A DNA stretch of 64,000 bases. It comes from Eutreptiella sp. 'Long Island Sound 2002'. Lineage: Eukaryota > Protista > Euglenida. Positions within the stretch are counted from its first letter, which is position 1. Each line of letters begins with the position of its first letter. A program made the translations under genes and the position numbers. Shown one piece after another: positions 1 to 12,400 of this stretch. Location: positions 15,376,001-15,440,000 of the forward strand of contig OZ038379.1 in NCBI GenBank assembly GCA_964036045.1, read 5' to 3'. The notes beneath the pieces were generated by a model, which saw nothing but the letters and a program-made list of their open reading frames with translations, had not been told where the DNA came from and did not search any database.

Positions 1-3000
1 AGACCTGGATGCAGCTGGTTACAGCAGCTTGAACAATATGGGGGAAACGGAATGGCCATGGCCCGGGGGTGGGCCATATCTTGGCTATCAGGGAAAAATG
101 GAGCTGAACATTGGAAATGCCACTGAAATTGCAGTGCAATCAACGTCAGTGAGAACAAGGGAAACGACTTGCGATTGATGTTTGCAACATGCTGCCTGAA
201 CGGCTGAGCACCGGAATAGCCGGGCTGAAGCTTCGGCTTTTTGATGCTCTGCCTTTCATGCGCTCAAATCTCAAAGCTGTTTCCAAAGGAGCTGTCTGTG
301 TCCATAAGAGCCGTATCCTTTATCCATTGACTGCCCAAAAAACATAGACGCATCGCATGGGGGCGGTTCGAAGGCCAGCAGCTTGGAGGCTTTCTTGGGG
401 TGCAGATCACATGAGCGGTTGGGGTGGAGCGGAGTCAAAACCCATAAATTGTTTCGCTGCCCGCCACCTCATTGCCGAGTTCGACCAGATTGGCCATCAC
501 TGCAAATTGTATGCAGGGATGGGGGGTGTCCATCTCTACTGACCGCGTGCCCATGCCCGGGTGGCACAGCGCCACAATTGAGTTCCCAAAGAGAGAATAG
601 GAGGGTTCCAGTGGCTTTGCTGGCTGTGAGCTGCTGGGGGGCAGGCCTGCTCCGAGGCTCTGGGCAGAGGTGGCATGCCCTGAACCCTCGGTGCTAATGA
701 TGAGATAGCGGCACTGTCCATGCGCAGCATTCGTTGTTGGTTCTGCGTCGTCTCACATCAGTGAGAAACCTGGGCAATACTGCACGACCGAAGGCATTTA
801 GGGGGGGGCGGTAGCCAGCGTGTCACATTGACACACCGCAGATTGGGCTGACCATGGAGAATGGCCCATGCACAGCGGTGCCTTGGACTCGAGACCGCGT
901 TGTTGGCGGTTGGGTGTTGTGGGGAAGGAGACGGGGAGACGTGTTGTTGCCTGGGGACTATTTCCAAGACCGGCACTGAGGTTGCTGGGGTGAATCACCC
1001 CATTTACAGACGTGCAAATATCCTGCAAATCTAACATTTCCAAAGGCCACATACAGTGTGTTGGGCATCACAAGAGCAAAATCAAAGCCCTCCCCACCAC
1101 CTTTTCCTGGTGCTGGGGGGGGGGGGGGGGGCAAAAAATACGAAAAAATGCTGCGGATTTGCAAAATGCCCTTCCATTCCTTGGACGTATTTTCAAAACT
1201 GTCATAATCAATTGGGGGACTGTTGCCTTGGCTGGGTCCCATAAATTGTACAACTCACAGCTGCGCGGCCAACCCTCTTAATCAGCTGCATTCTCCTTTG
1301 TTGTCTCTTGGGTGTACGCCTTGTGCACAACTTGCAAACTGGTGATGGATGCATGCACAGATGCATGCCCAGCATTGCCCGTGCAAAAGAAAGAAACAGA
1401 CTGCCCTGTTACACTGCATCACAAAACGCAGTCGATGACAATTGACCACCAGCGCCTTGCCCAGCAGTTGGCTTGCAATCGACAGCAGTTGGCGCTTGCC
1501 CAATAGGAGTCGACAGCAGCAGGCAGCTGTGAGCGGCTAGCGGTAATCACAAACACTAACGACAAGCCGCCGTTGGCCAATGGCCAGTGTTGGCAGGTGG
1601 AGAAAATGTAAGCTGGGCACAAAAAAAATCGTACGGTTGAGGAATTTTTGTTGGCTGTACGCAGTGTCATCAATCTCCATGTGGCAGAGCTCTTGATCAA
1701 GCCAATATACAATATCCCTGCCTACCAACCAATCTACACCCACCAATCAGGCCATTCCACTTGGAACGGAATGGAACGGGAATCAAAAAGGGCTGCATAA
1801 CCCTTGCCGTCCCAGGTCCCATATTAAGGAGGAACCGAAAAGCGCTAGATAACTCTGCTGTCTCAGGGCTCCAAAGCAAAGAGGAAGCAAAATGGCTACA
1901 TACCCTGCTGTCTAGGGGACCCCAAAATGGGGAGCATTCCATCAATGGTACATAGGGCCCCAAAAGCAAAACGTTGCTTTTGCTGGAGAAATGAGTAATT
2001 TTGATTGCTGTTGTACGAGCAAGTAATTTTTTCCTTGCCGCAAAGGAGTCTACTTTTATTTGTGGCAAGGGCAAATACCAATTATTTTTATTATTTGTGG
2101 AGTTATTTAAATTTTTGTGGTAAAATCAAGGACCTAGTTTTGCAGTACTCGCCAACACAACTTTTTTTGTACTCACCTCCAAAAAAAAAACATCACCTGC
2201 ACGAATTTTTTTGTACTCACCATTACAGCAAAAAAAAAAAATACACAACTTACAGCATGCACTTGGCAGTTAAGCGAGAGCACTTGGCCAGGAACCACCA
2301 CCCGAGAGGCGTGTCCCTTCTTGGCGGGGGGGGGGGGGGGCTCTAGGTCTTTCTTGCCAGCCATGCCGATGCTTGGTGATTCCCCAAAAATGCCGTTGCA
2401 GGTCCGTGTGCCCCACTAATTCTATCCTATCCGGTCTGTCGGTTTCTCAAGCCTGCAGCACGCAGCTGTAACTACCAGTTGTGGTTGCAGTCCATACAGA
2501 CTCCCCCATTTGGTTCTAACCAGTCGTGTCTTGCACCACCACCGGTGAATGCGAAACTCACACTTGAACTCAGAACTGCTGTTACATGGCGGTGACTTCA
2601 CACCAAGCAGAGGCTCGTCGAGGTACCGAGGGTGTGTTTGCCCAGTGTGTGCCCTGGGCACAAGCAACAGCAGTGACAGAGTTGGGGAATGGTCTGGCTT
2701 CATGATTTCTACACTTGTGATTTGCGGTTTAACAGGCAATACGGTTTTGGAGCCCATCTGTCGCAGGCACTCCCTCACAACCTCCCTATGATACAATGGG
2801 ACATGAAAAACTGTCTATAACGGTGTGGTTTGTGGACACCATGTCCGCTGCACGACTACATGTGCCCACTTGGCCCACCACAGGGGGCTGCGTTATGAAC
2901 AACCCATTTCGCTGTTGCGTTCGGGGTCGGAGATTTGGGGGGCAAACATGATTAACTTTAGGCGGCCGAACCCGCCCTCCTTTTTCATAGAGAGTGCAGC

Positions 3001-4805
3001 CTCTCGCAGCAACCAAAACACAATAGGCATTCGGCCTAATCTACCTGCATTTGAGACAGCACTATTGTCGCCGTTGCGAATTTCGACATTTCACAATTGA
3101 TTGTAGGCCATGGACTTCGACGGCACGAAAACAAGAGGGCATTCGTGGTTTTCGTGTAGCGCGCAGCTGACGAATGATGCTCTTTGCTCTTTGAAACCAG
3201 TAATGCGAGGCCTATCAGTGTGTTTTGACAGTTTTCATGTGTTAGCCCTCAGATGGACCACCTTCTGGAACGAGATGGAGCGAATGCGTTTGTAGACTTC
3301 AACACAAATGGTCACTCATGTCGCCTGCGGAGCCCATTGAAGTGGTAACAGAATGGCATCAGCCCGATGGCGCTTTGTGGCAGCCCTGCAGACAATGCAC
3401 CGTCACCTTTCATGGCAAATGTCATTGCGCTGCACAAGGCACGCCTCTGTCGTCTCGAGTATTCATATGTACAATGACAGTCTACCCCTGACCCCTGCCA
3501 CATTGCATTCCGGGGTTGATCGTCAAGGGAACAACATCAGCCACGGCCCTTGTGGTGCTCCACAGCGCAGGGGCAAACTTGTGGGGACGAAGTACTCCCC
3601 TCCACTTGAGGTCATGCCCACACGGCGCTTCCCTATGCACCCCTCCTCTCAAGCCACTCAGCAGCGAACCGTTCCTACTTTTGGTGCTGCCGGTGCAGGG
3701 CCTTTCTCGTGTGCGTGCGTGTGGCCGTACATTCAAGCGTGTCTTAGCAAAATGCCCGAAGACACAAATATGGCGGGTGACCTGTGCACATCGGGTACAT
3801 CGCATGATGTGCAGCGGGACATCCGCCTGAGCCTGAGAATCCACCTCGAATCAATTGGTTGCGATGAACGGGGCCTGTCACGCACGGCGTCCACAGCCGG
3901 ATGCTCTTGCGAAACTCGGACCCACCGATCCGGTCCTGCCTTCCGCGGCCTTCATCCTTTGGTCCGGAATCGGGTCATGCACTGGCACGTGCGCAGTCCC
4001 ACACATGCCACCCCAGCCCATACTTCGCCCCCCGGCCCCTCCTCCTTCGCCCCTTTACGCGATGGCCCGGTCCCAGTCTGAGTGTGGCGTGCGTGTCGTG
4101 TCCCCTGCTTTGCACCTCCGCCCCCCCCCCAGCCCCACATGCTCATGCCTCGCACTCGGCGGGGGGGGGGGGGGCACCCAATGCACCCAACCATTCAAAA
4201 CGCCCCCAGCGGCGCTAAGCATCCGGAGTCATGTTTGTTCCGCGGGTGCCAAAGGTTGTGTCCTGCTCAGCCCTGACGTGGACCCCCGGGGGTTGCGGCC
4301 GGGGGACTGGGGGTTGCGTATGAGGGGACCAGTACAGGTCCGGGGGGCGTTTCGGGGTACTTCTGGACACCGACCCCTGCGGCCTGAGGAGGGGGGGGGG
4401 GGGGGGTAATGGGGAAATCTTTGGCTGTTGATTTTTGGGACATTTGAATTACCCGCATTTTGACTCCACTACACCGGCCACGAGCGTTGACCGCTCACCA
4501 CAAGTGAAACGATGAAAAAGAACCCAAGGCAACCCGGGCAGACACATCAACGACCCTCCCAAAGCCCCCAGCGAGCCCCAGTATTGTTGTCAGCCCCACT
4601 GTGGGGGCGTCAAAGGGCTGCCCCCCATGGGCGTGGGTTTGAGGCTCTCGAGGCAGGCGGTCCTCGGCACCCCCGCCACCCCCCGCCCTCCCCCGGCGGG
4701 GGGACCAGGCCTCTCAGGACCCCAACCCCCCCCCCCCCCCCGCGCGGCAAACGGTGCGTATCCACAGGCATTGGCGCGATGCCGCTCGACACGGGGACCG
4801 ACGCG

Positions 4806-5369
4806 TCAGTGAGGGCCGGGGGTGAAGCTGATGGAGTACAGATCATGTCGGCGCCCAGAGTCGATGGGCAGCTTACTTTTGACCTCCGTGATCCGCTGCA
4901 GGTCGACCTCCGCGTACACGATGGTCTCGTCCTCCCCCGCCTCGACCAGCACCTCTCCCCAGGGGTCCACGACGATGGAGTGCCCGTAGGCCACGTACCC
5001 ACTCACAGAGTCGGGGTCCCGCGCCGGGGAGCACATCATGACGTAGGACTGCGTGTCCACCGCGCGGGCCTTGGCATGGAGCTGCCAGTGCGGGGGGCCA
5101 GTGACCATGTTGAAGGCCCCCGGGTAGCAGAGCACGTTCACGCCGCGGCGGTTGTAGTTCAGCGCGAACTCCCCGAACCGCAAGTCAAAGCAGATCCCCA
5201 TCCCGATCTTCAGGCCGTTGGCGTCGAACTCCGCAAGCCGGTCCCCGGCCGTGAGGGTCTCTGACTCATCGAACTTCACCTGCTCTGTGTTGAGCTTGAA
5301 GAGGTGCATTTTGCGATACTTGCCCAAGAGACTGCCATCCGCCCCCCACGCCACCGAACAATTGAAGAC
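4806..5369 (-). CDS. NIT2: NIT2 exon 2
   Basis: 564 nt; acceptor ttctctgaaag|GTC; catalytic Lys (YRKMH) and Cys (GICFD); TGA at 4806-4808. Confidence 0.95.
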   Translation of the reverse strand, partial: VFNCSVAWGADGSLLGKYRKMHLFKLNTEQVKFDESETLTAGDRLAEFDANGLKIGMGICFDLRFGEFALNYNRRGVNVLCYPGAFNMVTGPPHWQLHAKARAVDTQSYVMMCSPARDPDSVSGYVAYGHSIVVDPWGEVLVEAGEDETIVYAEVDLQRITEVKSKLPIDSGRRHDLYSISFTPGPH

Positions 5370-6991
5370 CTTTCAGAGAAATGTAGAGTACCGGAGAATA
5401 TGCGTGAAAGCCGGTACACCGGCCCCGTGTTATGATTCCCTCAATTACCTCAAAGCATCACACGGTGCTCATTGGGGGAGGGGGAGGGTGTTGGAAACGG
5501 GGCTCGATATATCAGGGCCTGGATGAAAGGGCAGTGTGAAGACTGGCGCGGAGTAGATCTTGTGGACCAAAAATGGCCCCAGTCATCTGCATCTAAAAAC
5601 GACCAGCGCTCCGCATTGCACAGGCATGCGTCAGCGGTACATGGCATGGACCAGATGCTCGTCAGTGGCCCGTCACACTGGGGGGGGCGCAGGGGGGGGG
5701 GGGGGGTCCGAGTGCAGCCCGGGAGAAGTTCTGTGTGTTGTTGGCCAAACAAATGAGAACACACAGGACAACAGAAGAGGGTACAGCAAAGGAACGGACG
5801 GGAAGGCCCTCGGTGTCCTTCACGCCCTCATCGGGCATGTGTTGTTCATCACGGAGCCAGACGACCACGTTGATGGTTCATGAGTCGCTCCTTTCCCGAT
5901 CTGCAGGAGGCGCACGGGGAGGGGTGCGGGTTCATGGGCGCAGGCGGAATGCGTGCCCCACTACTCACGATTGCAGCGTCCTGCCCCCGTGGCGTCCACT
6001 CTGCTGCCGGAGCCGGAAGAGGCTTGCATTGAGTCATTGCCAAACTGTGATGTTTTGGGGGGTGCTCTGATATGCTGCGGTACCATGGACCCTCCCTCCC
6101 CCCCCCTCCCCCTCCTGATGGGCTCTGGATGGTTGCTGACAATTCCTTGTGGTCATACAACAGTCACAGGACACAACGAGCATACGACGGTACACTCCTT
6201 CCGTGGGCCGCACCTGCGACCCAGCGCACACACACGAATTGCAAACAAACAGACGAGCAGCACAACGCCGGGTCCGGATGTCAATTCCTCGTCAGTTGGT
6301 CATCAAACAAGACAAAGCATGTTCAACGCCAGTAGGCGCCTTTCTGCGGGGACAGGCGCGCAGCAGTGATCTTGTCCTTAGAAGGAAGAAGGACGGTGCT
6401 GCCCTATGGCAGTACCGGCCTGAACTCACGACGACATCACCAGGGGATCACCCACCTTTTCGGTTTATCACAGAGCAGGGTCGCACACACACACACACAC
6501 ACTCTCTCTCCCCTCCCCTCATCCCCCCCCCACCCCCAACTGCCCACCCCAACGGCATTCATAACTGATGGTAACTGCTCCAACACCGTTTGCCTGTTTG
6601 CCAACCCCTCCAACAGCCTGACATCCCCGCACTGGTCCCCCCTCCAACGCATTGGGGGTTAAGAGCGTGCACATTCACAGAAGATGAGGGCAATGCGAGG
6701 GCATGGGACCTTGCCCCCATCACTCTCCGGGATGCTGCCTGCCAGCAGCGTGATCTTGTTGTCCATGGCCGCCTTGCGCATGGCCTGGCTGGTCTCGCCG
6801 GACGGGATGTCCTCCGCGTACTCTGGGAAGTACTTGGTCCCGTAGGGTGTCTGGAAACACTCGGGCAGCATCACGAAGTTGGCCCCCTCCTGCGCCGCCT
6901 TCTGGATGTGCTTGACGGCGTTGGCGATGTTGGCGGCTTTGTCGGCCCCGACCTTGAGCTGGAGGAGGGCGACTCGAAGCTTCCCGGCCAT
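4806..6991 (-). CDS. NIT2: Omega-amidase (nitrilase superfamily, Nit2/Nit3 branch); 2 exons, about 281 aa; join(6710..6991, 4806..5369)
   Basis: Exon 1 MAGKLRVALLQLKV...LPECFQTPYGTKYFPEYAE...GSIPESDGGK joins via a GT(6709)...AG(5370) phase-0 intron to exon 2 VFNCSVAWGADGSLLGKYRKMHLF...GICFDLRF...YPGAFNMVTGPPHW...ARAVD...SPARD...YGHS...PWGEV...RRHDLY*. The E-K-C catalytic triad is intact and the motifs match NIT2 as I recall them. An alternative ATG lies at 6994. Confidence 0.95.
6710..6991 (-). CDS. NIT2: NIT2 exon 1
   Basis: 282 nt; contains catalytic Glu (LPEC); donor AAG|GTCCCA at 6709. Confidence 0.93.
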
Positions 6992-8682
6992 CATTGGCAA
7001 AAATACACCCTGAAAGTGAAGGGGGTTTGACCGCAGGGGCGTGTGTAGACCACGCCGAGGAGGGGGATCACAAGATTAGGGAGAGCGCCAGGGGCATTAG
7101 GGTCCTGGGCGTCCTGGAGTTGGTGGGTTAGGGCTGGCTTGGCGCCTGCTCTAGCCCCACCCCCCACCCCCCTGTGCATTGCGACGCGTCAGGGGGACCC
7201 GATCCTCGCGTTCACGTTGGGTCCTCCGAGGCGCGCCCATGCTCCGCCTGCGGGTTTGATGCCCCCGTCTCTGCCCTGGGGGGCGAGGGATCCGCCTCCT
7301 GCTGCGGCCGCACCACGAAGCCCACCATATTGGGGGCATCCCGCAACATGGATGCGTTGCCGTGCAGTCGCCCTTTGCACCAGCGCAGCCGTATCTCAGC
7401 TTCAACAAAAAGCATCCCCGGGTTTTCAGGCGCTTGTCACGAGCACGTCGGTTCTTTTTGGTCAACCCCAGACCTTTGGCGAGCAAAGTCGTCCATTGCT
7501 GCAAAGTCTGAGGCTGGCAGTCGAGGGTCTCACATGCATTTGCACATGAGCGTGCGCTCGATGATGATAAATCGATGTTCATGAAGCGGCTTTGTTTTGC
7601 GGGGGGGGGGGGGGGGCTGTCGGAAAACCCCTCCAAAGCTGAAAGCTGGGATCGAAACAGGGATGGGTGCTCCTGGCTGGGCCCATTTGACTGGAAATCT
7701 GAATGATCTGGCGTGCAAAATGGTCAAAAAGTTTCACTGAATCCCGGACAGATGACTTTTCGAGACCCCGTCGTTGCACTGAGTCCACAGACCTCATTTT
7801 CCTTTTTTTTTTTGGACATTTGGAGTCTGGGTCACCCCCCAAGGCCATGGCGGGGGGGGGCTTTGACAGGTGCAGTGAGGGGAGCCCTTTCGGGGAAGGG
7901 GGCCGGTTCCGGCCACGATGGTCTAAACCCCCCAGCCCCCACACATACAATGAAAAAAAAATTCTGGGGCGTCCAGCAGGTGTACAAGGCGCATTCATTT
8001 TTGGGACCGAGGGCGGCTTCGATCCGGGGGGGGCGGGGGTTGAAGGCGCTGTACGCACTGAATGCGCTGCATTGTCAATGCAACGCAGGCACAAGGCACG
8101 CGGGAGTCAGGGCCAATGGATATCGCTGCGGTGGGCACATATGGTGTGTGGCACATGGCGCGGACTTGTCCCAGTACACTACTGCCGCAACGCCATCGCC
8201 TTTGGGGCTGTTCTGTTCTGAGTTCTCATTCACAAGATGAGCGCTTGCAAATCGGGGCGGGCTGTGCGAACGATCAGGCCATGCGGCAGATCCGGGTCCC
8301 TGCACCTGTGCCTTCCCCTTGTTTGGACCCTCCCGTGACTTGGGGCTGGGTGCCGTCTGAAGACCTTGGCGTCGAGGAAAGCTCGTGGGTAGGGCTATGG
8401 GAACACTACCAGGCCCACTTGCCTGCACTTAATGTTCACTGATGAAGCTTCGATTGGGCGTTGATCAGTGACCACCAAAATGGCAGTCAGGCAAACAACA
8501 GTCCGACAGGGACGGGGTCACCGCAGCAGACAAACAGGTGCTTCGTCAATCAAACAGGTTGTGGGACTGGGTCATCAAAACAGGACCTTGGCTGACTTCA
8601 CAGCGAAAAAAGAGAGAATATTGTCCCACAATACCGACTGCTGCAACACACGCCAGACAGAACATGGTGTAGGGCAGCCCTG

Positions 8683-8772
<90 letters not shown>
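8683..8772. repeat. (CA)n microsatellite, about 45 units
   Basis: Near-perfect CA run with one AA interruption. Confidence 0.98.
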
Positions 8773-8774
<2 letters not shown>

Positions 8775-9366
8775 ACATGCCTTGCACTGTGGGCTAAAAA
8801 AATCAGCAATACAAAGCTCATCACCAGCGATTGGTGCTCTGGGCCCACTGCAACTTGGGTTCACCCAAGTCATCCCTCTCCATCAGCGAGCACCTTGGTG
8901 TGACGTCTCACTGACATCGCCAATTTCTTGGAGGGGTGGGCCGCTGCACCCAGGGTCCAATCGCTCATACAAATTGTGCACTAAAAAACACACCGTAACC
9001 GGTATGCTGCCCCTCACACATGTGTATTAGGGTCCAGACCTTCACATACCGTGGACTTCAGCGGATTGGACCACCACGCACCTCCTTTTGCAGTCATGGG
9101 CGCGGACCCAGAGCACAGTATAAAAGAATACAATCAACTGCATGTGTTGTCCAACATTAAACTAGATTGCTGCCTGCCATGGGCTTCACGGGAATGGCAC
9201 CTCAGCATCTTGTCCAACTAAAAAGTATGTGGATAGGGAACAACACAGCTACCATAACTGGGATGCTACTCCCCCCAGACACACACAAACACTGACGCAT
9301 GTACTTACACAAAAGCAGACATATATACAGTGTGCATAGCTCAGCCAGCGGCAGGTAGCAGCTGGT

Positions 9367-9402
9367 GCCACACACACACACACACACGTTGGGAACCGCG
9401 AG

Positions 9403-9445
<43 letters not shown>

Positions 9446-9457
9446 CACACACACACA
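9367..9457. repeat. Interrupted (CA)n microsatellite
   Basis: Two CA tracts (9367-9387 and 9401-9457). Confidence 0.95.
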
Positions 9458-12400
9458 AGTAATGGACATATTTGTGTTAGAACACTGTTTACAAAATTTT
9501 CTGTGCGCCACCTTTGGCCCCAAATGGAAACGATGGTCCCTGCCAATAGAGCCCGTTTCCCCAACCTCCCGGCTCTATTGACCGCACTCCCCAGCGTCCC
9601 GGATTGAAAATCCACGGCCCTTTGTGATATGGTGCAAAAAAAGTTTTTTGTGGCAGGGGATCAGAATTCGGTTCTGGATCTCGTTCTTGGAATCCCCCTG
9701 CCCGGTGTTGGGGGACAGTGTTGGGGACAGTCACAATGAAAAGGTGCACAGAAACCAGCCACACAAAACATGGCTCATCAACGGTACCATAAGCACCAAA
9801 CAACAGCCCCACACTGCTGTATTTGGATTCATGCAAAGCCATGTCCCTGCGGTCCGTAGTACACCATCACACCATTTCTAAGAGCCAAAGCGGGTGCCTT
9901 CTCTTTATTTAAGCTGAACGCATTGCGCGGGGGGTTGTGCCGTGTCCCCATATGGCCTGCTGGGATGGCCTGCTCTGATCCTCAATGACGGGAATGGCAA
10001 TTTTCTCCCTGCAACTGTGAATTTCACCACCTCTAGTCCTATGAACCTCCGTCCAGCATTAAGCCTGGGTTCTAAGAAGGCTCGGCTCACCCACCGGGTA
10101 CCCTCCCTCCCACCCCATCCAAAGCAGTATCACAAGTGCAAAAGTGCATTGGATCATTCAGCCATGGCTTCTGAACACAGAGGGACACCAATATTCAAAT
10201 GTATGTTCCCCTAACGACTCTTTTGTTGAGCAACGCATGAGCAATACAACTCCTGTTCACACTCTCAAAAGGGGCAAGCTCCCGCATCCAACTCCTCCAC
10301 AGGGTGAACACACCGGCATTCAAGCGCTGTAGCCACAGCGCAGGAAAGGTGTGTAGATCTGTATTGTTGCCCCCTGTGCCATGACCACCTGCGCTGTGTG
10401 CATTTGTGTGTGCGTGTGGGTGGGTGTGGGGGTGGGTGGGTGCATGTGCGTGTGCACGCGTGCATGCGCTGGGCGTACTTGTGTGTGTGTCTGTGCGCGC
10501 GTGCTCTACTTTGTCAACAAGGCACATGTGGGTGTACATTGGAGGCATAGGAGGAGCACTCGGTCCGCAGGTGTGGATAGAGCATCAAAGAGGGTGCATG
10601 GCCCCAGCATGCCCCATTATGGTCCGTCCCCTTGTGGGATCCATGCTGCAGTGGAGGAGAGGAGCCGGGCTAAGCCCTGGCACCCCTACCATCTGCCTCT
10701 ACTCCTCCCGGCCGCTGTACAAAGAGGTAGCCTACCACACGAGGAATTGAGCACCAGATGTACACGGTGGCAGAAATGAAATACGGCAGCAGAGGATGCG
10801 GCGTGCCACTTCTGCCTGCCCCTTGAGTTGTCTCCACGTGAACTTTAAAAAGTGTGACGGTAACGCAAATGATCTCAGTTGAGCGGGGGTGTTGGTCCCC
10901 AAGCATGGATTGATTGGACTGGCTGGGCGCAAAAACTGACGGCCGCCGAAACAACATTAGCAGCGTCACCAACAACACTCATGTGCGCGGCAACACCAGC
11001 ACCACCACCACCACATGCACGGAATGCTTCCACTACTATCACAGCCACTGTAACAATGACCCAACGACATCCATTTCAAAGCAAGTTCTGAACACAATCC
11101 GATCACAGCAGGAATGACCTAATCGCATCCCACGGGAGCCTCCCCACAAACGATCCATGGGTGCCCTGCTCCACGGAGTTGGAGCAACACACCATCTCTG
11201 GTACATGTGTAACCCACCGCAAGAACCAATTACCCTCGTGCCAGATGGCTTGTACAACCCACTTGTTGGTAGAGGTCGGTGGTGGGAGACCGTGTGTGGT
11301 TCTGAGGGAGTGTGTGGTGACGGGCCTCAAAAGGTCAGGGGTGGGCTCCCCACTGAGCTCTAGCCGCGCCTTCACACGGCCTTCATGGCCCACCCAGCTC
11401 GCACAGGACCACCTTGTTCCATGCGCTTTGCTGGCTCATCCCCTAGTCCTCCCTGGCTGGAAGTAGGGCATTGCCATGGGCGGTTCCCGTGATCTCTCCT
11501 GCTTCAGCACTGGCTGGTCAGGGAACGTCCTCTCTTGTTTGTGCATGCCCCATGTCAGACCCCGGAAATGCAACAGCGCGGGTCTGAATGAAGTGAGACT
11601 CTGTGGAGGGAGCGAGCACTGACTGAGTGGGGAAACACCCCCTAGACCACCGATCCCCGTGAGAATCTGCGCCTTGTCTTCTGCTTCCCCTCGAGGCCTT
11701 ATATGCTCATGTGATCATACACTCACGCCCAGCAACACGAAACATGCACCACAGCGCTGGTGATGCATAACAGGGGACATCATAAGATTCCCAACCCAAC
11801 AAGTGATAGCGCAGAGTGCACGGGTGCCGAACAAGCAGATGCATGGCCGCGGGTGGGGCCCAAGGCCTTTGCTTTTGTTGTTGCTGTTGCGGGTGTTGCT
11901 ATTGCTGTTATTGACGTTGGTACCGAGGAGGAGATGCGTGGAAGAAAGCACTGGGGGAAGAAAGATGGGGACAGCACAACAGAAACAGCAGCAGCAGCAC
12001 GATCACTGTCACTGTGACCATCACTGTCACTACCACTGCCACTCAGTACTGCACTTCTACTCTGCTTCTCTAGCCCTGTAGCACTCCTCTATAATGTCCC
12101 TCGTCGGGAGCCCTCAATCTATGTTGCCATCCCTGTCCTTGCACTGAGTGACACCGCCCCCTCAAAACGTTTTCCCACCGCTCCCGTTAGTTGGACTCAA
12201 AGCAGGGTGCACACCGCAGCTAAGAGTTGCTTCAGAGGGTTAGCAGACCACTGCAGACCTTCACATACCTGCGGTTGCGCGCCGTTTTCAGGGCCGTTGG
12301 TGAAGCTACACATGCTCCACAGTACACCATCGGCGCGACGCAGCCGGGCACACGACACCCGCAGTAGAGCAATTAGGCACACAAACAAAGTGGAAAGGCC

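Noticed and set aside
10500-10900. Additional Harbinger transposase fragment (YIGGIGG, RGIEHQMY)
   Set aside because: Only two short, weak motif resemblances in different frames.
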